In this document: positions 24,269 to 36,845 of the stretch, piece by piece | Layout of the letters: each line of letters starts with the position of its first letter | Position numbering within the stretch: position 1 is the stretch's first letter | Origin: Octopus bimaculoides | Lineage: Eukaryota | NCBI RefSeq assembly: GCF_001194135.2 | Contig: NC_068987.1 | Location: 56,349,179 to 56,393,483 of the forward strand | Reading direction: 5' to 3' | DNA length: 44,305 nt | Position numbers and translations under genes: made by a program | The notes under the pieces: generated by a model | What the model was told of the DNA's origin: nothing | Seen by the model: only the letters and a program-made list of their open reading frames with translations | The model's database searches: none

Positions 24269-24435
24269 TGTAAAGATAATCAGAGCATATCTCATAGCCA
24301 GTTTCACCTTCCTCACATTTCTTGGCAGCTGTCTCATGGTCACTGAGTGTTGTTGCAAGTATACAGGCACCATGGCTCACTAGTAACTGCACCATGTATA
24401 AATTGTTACAAGATGCAGCACAATGGAGAGGTGTC
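24269..24435 (-). CDS. ASPP: ASPP-family gene, ankyrin-repeat exon
   Basis: (W)[55 protein letters not shown]. Acceptor cattctgcag| (phase 2) and donor A|GTAAGT (phase 1). Confidence 0.93.
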
Positions 24436-25909
24436 CTGCAGAATGAAATGTGGAATGAAATGACATTAGGAAGACAAATATCTAGAATATTGTTTGATGA
24501 TGGATTCAATGAAAGAGTTTGTAGCTTAACTTCTAAATATAACAGCTGTATCTTCTCTCAAGCACATCAATTACCTTGGGATCTCTAGAACAAAACAAGC
24601 CAATTAACTTAATGTCTAAGATGAATTTTTATTAATGCAATTGTAATTTTCCTAATTATAAACCTTGTATTTAAATTCCTCAGTCTGCTTTTCCAAGCTT
24701 GCATAGTCAGATGAAAGTGGGGCAGAGTTTTCTTTGACCAGATACCATTTCTGTTGCTAACTTCCATCTGTTTCCAAACAACAAACTGCTCAGACAAGCT
24801 TATGTGAAGAATTGGAAAGAAATGATACTGAAGAAAACCTTTTTGTTTACAAATATCACAAAAATATAAAAAAATGAATAAAAAATGTTATGGTATATCA
24901 AGAAACTTGAACATGCTTTCATAGTGGACTGCAAACAGATTATACCAATAGTAAAGCTATTGTCTATGACCAGTAAACAAAATGCACTCAATGACGTGAG
25001 GGAAATACAAAATCACACACACATATAAAATGGGCTTGTTTCCATCTACCAAAAAACATTCAAAGCTTTAGGAAGCACTGGTCTATATAGAAGACATTTA
25101 ACCAAGATGTCATACAGTGGGAATGAAACTGAACCATGTGGTTGGGAATCAAAATTCTTAACCACATAGCCATGCCTGCATCATCATCATTATTTAATGT
25201 CTATTCTGTACAATGTTTTACTTGATCTCTGATTATTATCGGGTGTCTTAATCTTAAATGTATACTTAGTTTCCCACTGGATTCAAAATAGGAACCTTTA
25301 TTTCTAAATTAAGATATCAATAATGTATATGCACTTATCTGTCTTGTAGATAAGATAGCTAGTGATAAATGGAAATCAAAACAACCAACAAGCAGCAATA
25401 TATAAATCTTGTAAATACATACACTAAAAGTGAGTCCAGAAAATAATAAAATTAATGATATGAACCAATCAGAGAAGTTCTAGTGAGGTTATGTTATCCA
25501 AAGATACAAAGGTCAAATCTAACCCATAAAAAATAAAATCCTACAGTTTTAAGTAAAGCCTCATCATATTTTAAGCCCTTAAAAAAATCATACTCAACAT
25601 ATGGATGAGTTATTCAGACATTTAAAGCTTGTCGTGGTCCAATAAATACCAGTGATATATAGTGAGTGTAGCTTAGTGGTGAAAAATGGGAACACATCAA
25701 GAACATTGAAATCGTTGGTTATAAATCTCTTTGCTACATGTAAACTAGATTAACAACTGACAGGGATTAGTCAACAACAATGTGTGTAGCTTTCATTCAA
25801 AGTTATATACACATACATATAACTACACAAGATGGTTCTGTAGGTCTAAGCCTAAAGCATCTCAGTACACTGCACAAAGTACTGTAGGATACAAACAGGA
25901 AAATTAACA

Positions 25910-26300
25910 GGCGCAGGAGTGGCTGTGTGGTAAGTAGTTCGTTTACCAACCACGTGGTTCAAGGTTCAGTCCCACTGCGTGGCACCTTGGGCAAGTGTCT
26001 TTTGCTATAGCCTCGGGCTGACCAAAGCCTTATGAGTGGATTTGGTAGACGGAAACTGAAAGAAGCCTGTTGTATATATGTATGTCTGTGTGTATGTTTG
26101 TGTCTGTGTTTGTCCCCACAACATCGCTTGACAACTGATGCTGGTGTGTTTACGTCCCCGTAACTTAGCGGTTCAGCAAAAGAGACCGATAGAATAAGTA
26201 CTAGGCTTACAAAGAATAAGTCCTGGGGTCGATTTGCTCGACTAAAGGCGGTGCTCCAGCATGGCTGCAGTCAAATGACTGAAACAAGTAAAAGAGTAAA
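25910..26300 (+). mobile_element. SINE family 1, full-length copy
   Basis: Same head, core and tail as 19466-19870. Confidence 0.85.
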
Positions 26301-26947
26301 GATGTAAACCCCACAGATCATTTCCTTTAACCTTAAAGATTAGTATCAAGTCTTAAGAGGTTGGTTATGTTGTACACCCACTTTCTCTTCTGCAAGGTGG
26401 CTTATTTTACTGTTATTGAGCAAACTGGTTAAGCCTTAACACAGTCACTCAGCCTGCTAAAAACTACTTCAGCTTGCACCCTATCATCTAAAGAATGAGG
26501 AAGAACACATTGGTAATGTAATACTAGATACAATAAAGGACAAGATATCATGACCGGAACATCATTGATTATAGGTCTGCATGATATGAGCTAACCCGAG
26601 GTTAAACAACTACAACAACTGCATTATTATTAGGATATGTACACAAGATGCTATCATGAGGATGTCGAGACTTGGTCCCCATCAAAACCACCAAAATAAG
26701 GTGGGCCTCTGTCAAGTCATAACATAAGCTTAGAGCCAATAGAGGAGCATCTATGTAATCAGCTAGAAATAGCAGATAAGTTTCCCTCAAAATTGCACCA
26801 CACCATCTTGAAAAATAAAAAATAAAATAAAGGACACATTCAACAATGTAGCTTTTGATAAACTATGACTGAAAAAAGATGAGATGATGATAACCAGAAC
26901 ATCTTTCCTCAGAGTTTATCTGGTGTTAAGTAACAACACAATCTTAC

Positions 26948-27081
26948 CATCCATCGCTGTCAGGGGCATTAACATCACAGCCAAACTCAACCAAAAACTT
27001 CACAATATCATAGTGTCCTGCACATATGGCATTGTGCAGAGGAGTGATACCTTCCTCATTAGATGCACTGGCATTTGATAC
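26948..27081 (-). CDS. ASPP: ASPP-family gene, ankyrin-repeat exon
   Basis: [44 protein letters not shown](W). Acceptor tttatccag| (phase 0) and donor TG|GTAAGA (phase 2). Confidence 0.93.
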
Positions 27082-27613
27082 CTGGATAAATAAATACAAA
27101 TTAATAACAATTAATAACTTATTCAATTAAAGAAGACAAGGTAAAAACTAAAAATGTTTTAGTAGGAAATTGCATTTAATACTGGTTTCAAATTTTGACA
27201 CAAATCCAACAATTCTGGGGAAGGGAGAACATTGATTACATCAACTCCAGTGATCACTGGTACTAATTCTATAAACGCTCAAAGATGAAAGGCAAAGTCA
27301 ACCTTGGCAGAATCTGAACTCAGAACAGAGATGAATGAAATGCCGCTAACCATTTTGCCCGGCAAACTAACGATTTTGCTAGTTCACAGCTTTAGTATCT
27401 CTTTAACATTAGTAAATTGTTTACATTTGCCTAGTTATTAATCCTTTTCACTGTATTATCTTTTTGTTTGATCCATGTGAGGTCACATAACAGAGCAGAT
27501 CACCCAGAAATAGCACTAGTTGTTCATAAATAGACCAATGTGAAAATTTGACAGGGTAGAACACACCTGGAGATAGATTGCTGTGATTATTATTATTATT
27601 AATAGACATAATA

Positions 27614-28012
27614 GGCGCAGGAGTGGCTGTGTGGTAAGTAGCTTGCTCACCAACCACATGGTTCCGGGTTCAGTCACACTGCGTGGCATCTTGGGTAAGT
27701 GTCTTCTACTATAGCCTCGGGCCGACCAAAGCTTTGTGAGTGGATTTGGTAGACGGAAACTGAAAGAAGCCCGTCGTATATATGTATATGTGTGTTTGTG
27801 TGTCTGTGTTTCCCCCCCCCCCCAACATCACTTGACAACCGATGCTGATGTGTTTACGTCTCCGTGACTTAGCGGTTCAGCAAAAGAGACCGATAGAATA
27901 AGTACTAGGCTTACAAAGAATAAGTCCTGGGGTTAATTTGCTCGACTAAAAGGCGGTGCTCCAGCATGGCCGCAAATCAAATGACTGAAACAAGTAAAAG
28001 AGAGTCAAAGAG
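27614..28012 (+). mobile_element. SINE family 1, full-length copy
   Basis: Same head, core and tail as 19466-19870. Confidence 0.85.
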
Positions 28013-28249
28013 AATACTCTGAAGATCTATGACAGAATAAAGGCAGCTGGAGAAAAAGCAATGATTGTTAATACAGGCACCCAAGTAAAAAAAAAACTGT
28101 TATATGCATATATCTATATATCATCTAAGGGCATCCAGCTGTAGAAACTCTGCCAAATCAGGTTGGAGCCTGGTGTAGCCATCTGATTTCACCAGTCCTC
28201 AGTCAAATCGTCCAACCCATGCTAGCATGGAAAGCTGACGTTAAACGAC

Positions 28250-28851
28250 NNNNNNNNNNNNNNNNNNNNNNNNNNNNNNNNNNNNNNNNNNNNNNNNNNN
28301 NNNNNNNNNNNNNNNNNNNNNNNNNNNNNNNNNNNNNNNNNNNNNNNNNNNNNNNNNNNNNNNNNNNNNNNNNNNNNNNNNNNNNNNNNNNNNNNNNNNN
28401 NNNNNNNNNNNNNNNNNNNNNNNNNNNNNNNNNNNNNNNNNNNNNNNNNNNNNNNNNNNNNNNNNNNNNNNNNNNNNNNNNNNNNNNNNNNNNNNNNNNN
28501 NNNNNNNNNNNNNNNNNNNNNNNNNNNNNNNNNNNNNNNNNNNNNNNNNNNNNNNNNNNNNNNNNNNNNNNNNNNNNNNNNNNNNNNNNNNNNNNNNNNN
28601 NNNNNNNNNNNNNNNNNNNNNNNNNNNNNNNNNNNNNNNNNNNNNNNNNNNNNNNNNNNNNNNNNNNNNNNNNNNNNNNNNNNNNNNNNNNNNNNNNNNN
28701 NNNNNNNNNNNNNNNNNNNNNNNNNNNNNNNNNNNNNNNNNNNNNNNNNNNNNNNNNNNNNNNNNNNNNNNNNNNNNNNNNNNNNNNNNNNNNNNNNNNN
28801 NNNNNNNNNNNNNNNNNNNNNNNNNNNNNNNNNNNNNNNNNNNNNNNNNNN
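28250..28851. other. Assembly gap (602 N), flanked by a repeat tail and a (TA)n-rich tract
   Basis: N run. Confidence 0.95.
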
Positions 28852-30087
28852 TATATATATATATATAGATATATACATATATATATATATACATACATAT
28901 ATATATACATACATATAATATATATATACATACATATATATATATACATATATATAATATATATACATATATATATATATTGGTTAGTTTATGACCCAAT
29001 AACTTAGGGGTTGAGCAAAAGCGACCAAGAGAGTAAGTACCGGCCTTTGAAAATTTTTGAACTGGGATTAATTCATCCCACCAAAAATTCTTCAAGTTGG
29101 TACCTTAGCATGGATGCAGTCTAATGAGTAAAGAATTAAAAGATAAAAAATAAAAGACACTGTTTAGAAATAATATACTGAAGGGGAATTTTGTCTTCTT
29201 CCAATATTATATATATATATTGTATTTTTAAACACAATGTGTCCAGATGAAGTTTTATCTTGGACAATAAACTGCAGCAACGTGCCTGTCCAATGCTGTA
29301 TATACATTTACGTTACATAAATGGCTATTTTCATTTTATACCACTTCAATTGCATACACAAGAAATTTAATAAGGTATTCTTTTTTTTTTTTTTTTGTAA
29401 TATTGCTGTATGATCTAATAATAGAATTTTAAGCTGTTATAGGAATTTAGAGTAAACGTAAGATAAAATGTGTTCTTTAGTATATGATTTCTTCATTTGA
29501 AGAACAAACAGCTGAGGGATCTTTTCCCCATCCTCTAGGAACCACACTACAACAGTTGTATAAGTCAGTGGGAAATATGATAGGATAATTACCCACCACA
29601 ACACCAACCAAAAATACCAAGCTAGAAATTATAAAATAACATGGAGATATAAGTAGAAAAGGATTTTGTAAAGATGGGATGGGAGTTGGTTGATTGGATC
29701 ATATTTAAGACACAAGTTAGATGGTTGTTGTAGCTGCCATAGAATACATGCTCCCTGGCCCCCTCTCTAAGTTAACCACTACCATCAACCCTTATTAAGA
29801 AGGGGGAAATATTCATTAAAGCGGAAGCAACAGCAACATTCATGACTTTGTGGAATGAAGAGGAGAGGAAAAAAAAACCATACCTCTATGTTACAGATGT
29901 ATATACTGAAAGCAGCTTCTTTAGATACATAAGCAGACATGACATATGCATATGGATTAGATTACCAACTATATTTTCTAGGTTTCCCTCAGCTGAGACA
30001 TTGCTAGATTTAGTGAAGCTAAAAAGAAAAACATCTACAATTGTTGTTATCATCATCCTCATTATTATTATTATCATCATCATTGAA

Positions 30088-31785
30088 GGTGGCGAGCTGG
30101 CAGAATCATTAGCGGCTGGATAAAATGCATTATTTTGCCCATCACTATGTTCCGAGTTCAAATTCTGCTGAGGTCAATTTTGTCTTTCATCCTTTCGAGG
30201 TTGATAAATTAAGTACCTGTGAAGCACTGAGGTCGATGTAATCGACTAGTCCCCTTTCCAGAAATTTCAGACCTTGTGCCTTTAGTAGAAGGTATTATTA
30301 CTATTATTATTATTTATTGAGGGCGCATAGCCTAGTGGTTAGGGTGTAGCACTCACAAATGCATTGTATTCTTGAGCAAAACACTTCACCACACGTTGCT
30401 CTGCGATCACTTCAACATCTGATGCATGGTACAACGTGCACTTGCTCAGACAATGTCAATTTGACAGAGGGAGTGAGCTAATGCATGGCACATACATTTG
30501 ATCACTATGAACAAATCCTTTGAGCAAGTCATTTGGCAAAAAACTGAACACTCATATCTCATCTTCAACAAGAGAGTCTATCATCATTATTATAATAAAC
30601 ATGGTGAACTGACAGAATTTTTAGCACACCAGGCAAAATGCTTTGTGGCATTTTGTCCGTCTTTATGTCCTCAGTTCAAATATAGTCGAGGTTGACTTTG
30701 CCTTTCATTCTTTCAGGGTCAATAAAATAAGTACTAATTGTAATCTGGTGTTGATGCAATCAGCTTATCCACTCTCCTAAAATTGCTAGCCTTGTTCTAA
30801 TATTTGAAATGATTATTAATATTGAGTGAACTAGCAGAAATGTTAGAGCATCAGAACAAATGCTTTGTGAGATTTCTCCTGATTCTTTTGTTCTGAGTTA
30901 AAATCCCACAAGGTCAGCTTTGCCTTCCATCCTTTTGGGATCAATAAAATCAAGTATCAATTGATTACTGAGTTGATGGTATCAACTAATACCTTTTTTT
31001 AACTTCTTTATATGGAAAAAAAAAAAAAAATGCTGGCCTTGAAACAGTTATAAAGTGGCAAGCTGACAGAATTGTTAGACACAGAGAAAAAATATCTTCC
31101 AGCTTTCATTCTAGCTCTTTATATTCTGAGTTCAAATCTTGCCAAAGTCAATTCTGTCTTTCATTCACCCAGGGATAATAAAATAAGAACCAGTCATGAA
31201 CTAGGGGTCAATGATACTGACTAGCCCTCTCCCCTCAAAATTGTTGGCCTTATTCCTAAATTAGAAATAGTAATTATTAGTATTAATACTATTTATTATT
31301 AATTAGTACAGTGACTGTAAGAATGGGTACAGAAATAAATAATGCATAACTACAGTATTAAAGCTAATACTGTTGCTTTTGTTCCGAGTTCTAAACCAAC
31401 TTTAGCAAGTCATTCATGTGGGAATCCATAAAATAAGTATCACAGTCTCCTTTGAAAATGGTGGCCTTGTGTCGGTGTGTGTGTGTGAATGTGTGTGAGA
31501 GAGAGAGATGAAAAGCAGAGAGAAAGAGAGAAATAATCAGAATCTTCAAGACATTGTTCTGAAATATCTCAGAATATCTGGATCATGAAAGAAATATTTT
31601 AAAATTCGAGGGTAGTGAGCTGGCAGAATCGTTAACATGCTGGGCAAAATGCTTAGCATCATTTCATTTGCCTTTCACCCTTTTGGGGTCAATAAAATAA
31701 GTACCAGCTGAACACTGGGGTTGATGTAATTAACTTATCCACTTCCTCAAATTGCTGGCCATGTGCCAAAATTTGAAATTAATAT
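30088..31785 (+). mobile_element. Cluster of about 5-6 same-orientation copies of SINE family 3
   Basis: Recurring gagctggcagaatc...gagttcaaat...ctttcatcc...taaaataagtac...ccttgtgcc + (ATT)n units start near 30088, 30601, 30825, 31055, 31380 (partial) and 31610. Minus-strand copies occur at ~3030-3290, 6310-6500, 8560-8772, 13075-13275, 27180-27395 and 43720-43850. Confidence 0.75.
30320..30565 (+). mobile_element. tRNA-headed SINE family 2
   Basis: gggcgcatagcctagtggttagggtg...cttgagcaaaacacttc. Related minus-strand copies are at ~39725-40015 and ~10500-10780. Confidence 0.6.
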
Positions 31786-31999
31786 TTTTATCCCTTATAG
31801 ACTGAATAGTTTAAGTAGTAACCATATAAGGACTCAATGGGAAATATGCAACAACAACATAATAGTATAATGCAACACTACAAGTAAAATTGTTATTAAT
31901 ACTTATAAAAGAAAACATTATTAGGACAATTTAAAGTACTTCTTAGCACTATACCTGTCAAAAGCATTTTCATAAATTTGCTCTAAACATCAGGTGTCA

Positions 32000-32225
32000 G
32001 CGTCATGTAAAAAGAATCCATGCTGATACCACATAAAAGCACCCATGTGCTATGTAGAAAACACCCAGTACACCCCATAAAGTGGTTGGCATTAGGAAGG
32101 ACATCCAGCCATAGAAACAATGTCAAAACAGACAATTGGAGTCTGGGAAGCTCTCTTGCTGGCCAGTTTCCTGTCAAACTGTCCAACCCATGTCAGCATG
32201 GAAAACAGATATTACATGATGATGT
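32000..32225 (+). mobile_element. Interspersed repeat family 4 with a (GAT)n tail
   Basis: ...ggacatccagccatagaaac...gtccaacccatg..agcatggaaa...gatgatg. Related copies at ~6040-6245, 19940-20160 (-), 28130-28249 and 34615-34860 (-). Confidence 0.6.
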
Positions 32226-32500
32226 TCCATGTTGGTATTCAGACTTTTAGTTAGCCCTTGTTTCATATATTCCGAGTAATAAACAGCTTTACTTTCATAA
32301 ATCCCAAGTTACTGTAAAGGTTGAAAAAAATTAGGGATGGATACCAGGAAAATATGTGCTGTGTGTCAATGGACAAGTAAAGACTGAAGTATTTAACCTG
32401 GTCTTTCATAAGAATATAAACTTTTAGAATACAATTAAATAATCAAAATGAAATACTAAGAAATGAAAGCGAGGATACAATGCAGTAACTTATAACTTAC

Positions 32501-34330
32501 ACGACGTGCAGTTTCCATAACAAGTCCAAGTTCTCCTTCTAGTGATGCATCTAACAAAAGAGCAAGTGGATCAAAACATACTCTTCTTGAGTGACCTTTG
32601 GAACCATTGGTCTTTAAAAGAGACTTTTTGGGCAAGTTTTTAGTTGCTGGTCCTTTCAACTTGTTGCTGTTGGTATTATTGTTGCTACTATTTTGTTGGT
32701 TTCCTTTGCTAACTCCAGAAGAATTGGAGGAGGAAGTTTGATTTACACTTTCCGGAATGTTTTCACCATTTATCTGCCAATGTCGGTTATCATTAGACAA
32801 GGTGTAATCACTAGTATCAGGTTTGTATTGCGAAATTGCCGAAATGGAACTAGTGGACACCGACCGACTAGAATCAGCTGTTTTTTTCAAAGTCTTCACA
32901 TACTCCTCATGCTCAAACTCAGAATGTTTTCTTCGCATATTCTTTGGAGTATTTGCTTTGAAACTCCCCTTATCAGATGCCAGATCTCGATGCGTTGATG
33001 TTGACGAAATCAAAGGAGAAATAGATTTTACTTTGTTTTGGAAACCAGATGATGTATGGTCAGTTTGTGAAACCTGACCTCCCTGATTACCATTCAGATG
33101 TGTACTTTCTGCATGATGAAGAGAAGCCGCATAATGACTCTCAGGCAAAACGGGTCGTGTCATGTAGGTATTCTCAATAACACTATTGGAAGCATACTGA
33201 GGTTTACTTGGTGCTGTATTCACAGAATGAGTAGGGCCAGAATCAGATGTAATATTTTTAGAGGTGGATGTCATCAAAGTTAGCTTATCATTAGTTATTG
33301 TAGGTGATATTTGTGCATTTGGCTTGCTTTCTTTCATATCATCATAAGTTTCACTTTGAGGTAAATTGAAAGATTTTTTATAATCTACAGAACCATTATA
33401 CGTAGGGCCATTAATTGATGTGACTGGTAAATTATCATTTAGTTTTTTCTGTACACTATCAGTTGTGTCACAATTGTTTGATTCTGGAGAACTATAGTGA
33501 AATTGCTTGGATGGAATAGTAGTATCTGCTTGGGTAAACTGCGAGCTATTGCTTTTAGTAGAAGGCACAAAGTTACTTAAATTCTGAACCATAATACCGT
33601 TCTGAGAGGTTTCACTAGTAGCAGGTGAACTTTGACCACTGCCATCTTGCCGCACTTCATCTGGGATGACATTACTTTGAGACGAGTTGCTTCCTCGGCC
33701 AGACAACATTGATGTACTGTATGTACTTCCAAATGGTTTTGGAAGAAAGTTAGAAATATTTGTGGATAGCCGATTTGATGGGAATTTAGGAGGAGTATCA
33801 TTATTCACTGAAGGACTTAGCTGTTTTGTTTTGTTAGGATACTGAGAAGAGCCGCTGTTATTCCCATCGTTGGTTGGAAATTTATCAACTGATACAACCA
33901 AAGGGATTTGATAGTCTTCAATAACATCATCAGGTTTTGTTTTTTTGAAACCAGGAACAGGTGTTTCATTGATGGACATATTTTCCTGATTGTTATATAT
34001 AGTACTAGGCAATGATTGATATTTCGGTTTTTCCTTGCTGAATGCCGGATCAGAATGCGTTTCATCAACTGATGTATTTTGATGGCGAGGAGCGTGATGG
34101 TAAGGTTCAACTGCAGCCACATTACTGGCTGGTCGAACCTTGTTTTGCTGCCCAGCATTGTTAGATTTCTGATGCTGCTGCTGCAATTGTTGTGCTAAAC
34201 GTTTCTTCAATCTCAACTGAAGTTCTGCTATCCGTTTATCCATCTGACTCACATCTCGCCTCTTTTTCATTAACAAATCTTGCTGGTTGTTCATCTTGAT
34301 GCTTTGTTGTTCATTCAGTTTATTGTGCAG
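32501..34330 (-). CDS. ASPP: ASPP-family gene, large 1830-nt central exon (end of coiled coil, Ser/Asn/Thr-rich linker, PP1-docking motif, start of ankyrin repeats)
   Basis: 610 open codons, including MDKRIAEL, NVAAVEPY (human RVAAVGPY) and RVCFDPLALLLDASLEGEL (human RVKFNPLALLLDSSLEGEF). Acceptor tactatatag| and donor |GTAAGT, both phase 0. Confidence 0.93.
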
Positions 34331-35648
34331 CTATATAGTAAACAGAACATTAGAACAAATATTAGTTTAATGAAAACAAGTAAAAGACATATCTAAATAA
34401 ATAACCAACTTCATACAAGATATTCACAACATTTACAACTAGTTATAGTTACTAATAACAATAATAATAATTTCTAACATAAACACAAGCAAAAGCAGTT
34501 TAGGACAGGGGTACAAACATATTTAAATTGATCCCAGTACTTGATTAGTACTTATTAACTTCAAGATGAAAAACAAAGCTGACCGTAACATGATTTGAAC
34601 TCAGAAGTCACCATTGTTACTGTCATCATTATCATTATCCTCTTTGTCATCAACACTGTTTTAATGTCTACTTTTCCATGCTTCCATGGTTCAGACAGAA
34701 TTTGTTGAGGCAGATGTTCTTCTTGTCATCCACCCTCAACTGTTTCCAAGTAAGGTAATATTTCACCAAGACTGGATATGTCATCACACAATATAAGAAA
34801 TAAAGGACACTGCTTGTATGACTGTGCTACTTGTTGAAAACCATCATGTAATATAAAGACAAGGAGACACTAAGACCCCTGTCTATCCACCCTTATGTGT
34901 GTGTATACACACACACATGTATAATGACCTTCTTTCAGTTTTTGTCAACTAAATCTGCTCACAAAGCTTTAGTCAGCCCAGGACTACAGTAGAAAACGTT
35001 TGCCCAAAGTGCCATGCAGTGAGACTGAACCTAAAACCATTTTCTTGGGAAGCAAACTTCATAATAATACAGCATCCACTAAGGCATTCTGTTTCTGGCA
35101 AAGAGAGAACTTCTAAACCACATCTTCGTATCACACCTTACCATCATAAAGAAGGAAAGAGACATGTACCCAGGATACATTCCTACTTTAGCAACGACAG
35201 AATGATGATGATTTGAGCATCTTTGGTCATAAGTCTGTTGTATCAGAACTGACCTGGATCTAAACAAAAACATCAATTTTAAGTGTCATTCTAAATATTT
35301 TGAAGGGTAGATTTACATAAGTGAAAGTAACTGATTTGATTTTGAAGAGAAGAAGGGAAATGAATAGGCAGATTATGAGGTCCAGTGAAAAAGAAGAGTT
35401 CTTTCATATTTCATGTATTTTTGTTGCTGACTAGAGTCAAGTCAACCTTAGAGCTATGATGAAAAACAATCCAGCCATTATCATCTCTTTTCAAGGAATA
35501 TTTACAACTACATTACCTATTGTGTTTGTCCTTCTCTTAATATAGTGTTTACAGGATGATTTCATCTGAATTTTTAGCAAATTGAGAGAAGGCAGAGAGA
35601 AACGTCCTTTGGGTTTTAAGTGTACAACTTTAGTGTGGTATATAAAGA

Positions 35649-35688
<40 letters not shown>

Positions 35689-36265
35689 GGTGTCTGAGAG
35701 TGGAAAGAAAGGCAAAAGATTTTCATTCAACAAATTGACACCATCTTTATTCTTTATTTCCTGGATAATGATAGGTAGTTTTCTCGAATACACATACAGT
35801 TTAATGTCTAAGTACATCAACAAATACAGAAGACAACTTGTGATATGACAATTGCAGCATTGCAGACACTTGTTAGCCATTTAGTAACACACAAATACTA
35901 CTAACTTCACTTAAATATTTGTTTGTAATATGGTGTTACAGGTTTTGTTGTGTGAAACTGTGAACTGGTCATTGACAACATTTCATTGCATCAAGTTACA
36001 AACAATAAATGCTTAAGTGAAGTTAATCTCTATGTATTTTTGAATGACTAACACATGTTGTTCATGCTGCAATAGTTTAGGTTCAACACATGGTCTCAGA
36101 TCAAATCACTTGCCTGGCAAGTAGACCTCCATAACTTTTGATATGTTTCCTCTTGTTAAGGCTCCCTAGCATTCTGTACTTGAATATTAGGTTGTGACCC
36201 ACCCATCAAACAGGGTGTTAATTCTATAAAGTAAAACTTGCAGAAAAGTAAAATATTTAACTTAC

Positions 36266-36465
36266 CGCCAATTTCTTCCGTAGTTTGTCCAGTTCAATGG
36301 CAGCCATGGCGTTGGGGTGATCTGGATTGATCTTACCATTTATTGTAAATGCCCCAATTCGTATCTGCTCAAGCTGTTTTGTTAACTGATCCACCTTGGC
36401 TACAGCCAAAGCTAATTCTTTTTCTTTCTCAGTGAATAGAATTTTTATGGATTCCAGTTCAGAAT
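36266..36465 (-). CDS. ASPP: ASPP-family gene, coiled-coil exon
   Basis: SELESIKILFTEKEKELALAVAKVDQLTKQLE resembles ASPP AEIE..MFQEK..E...A..VDQL.QQLE. Acceptor tgtcttcag| (phase 1) and donor |GTAAGT (phase 0). Confidence 0.9.
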
Positions 36466-36699
36466 CTGAAGACATAAATCAATGGTTGTTATTTAGAAGA
36501 ATCACTTATAATGTGGTAGAACATAGTTTCAAAACTTTAGTTAATGTTATCAATATTCTCATTATACAGTGAAGATAATTTGGGAAAGTGGCTGTTCCCA
36601 ACAAATGTTTTCTCTATGATATTATCACATTAACGATGTCCTTTTAACTATCAAACAGAACATAGTAATTGTTCTTTTACACAGGAATTAGTAGGTGAT

Positions 36700-36845
36700 G
36701 GATAGCTGGATGGATGGATGGAAAGATGGCTAAATAAATGGGCAGATGGAAAGATGGCTAAATGAATGGGCAGATGGATGACGGGTGGATGGACGATTGG
36801 ATGGCTAGGTGGGTGAATGTGGGTGGATAGGTGGATAAATAGGGG
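36700..36845. repeat. Degenerate (GGAT)n simple repeat with a ~27-bp internal tandem duplication
   Basis: ggatggatgg... including two copies of gatggaaagatggctaaat(a/g)aatgggca. Confidence 0.7.

Noticed and set aside
28203-29095. Long ORFs of 248-284 aa
   Set aside because: Artefacts of translating through the N gap and (TA)n tracts.
30088-31785. CRISPR-like or satellite array
   Set aside because: The units are ~200-250-bp diverged SINE copies with irregular spacing in a eukaryotic intron.
32693-34158. Short overlapping ORFs on both strands within the large ASPP exon
   Set aside because: Shadow frames of the real CDS with no recognisable motifs.
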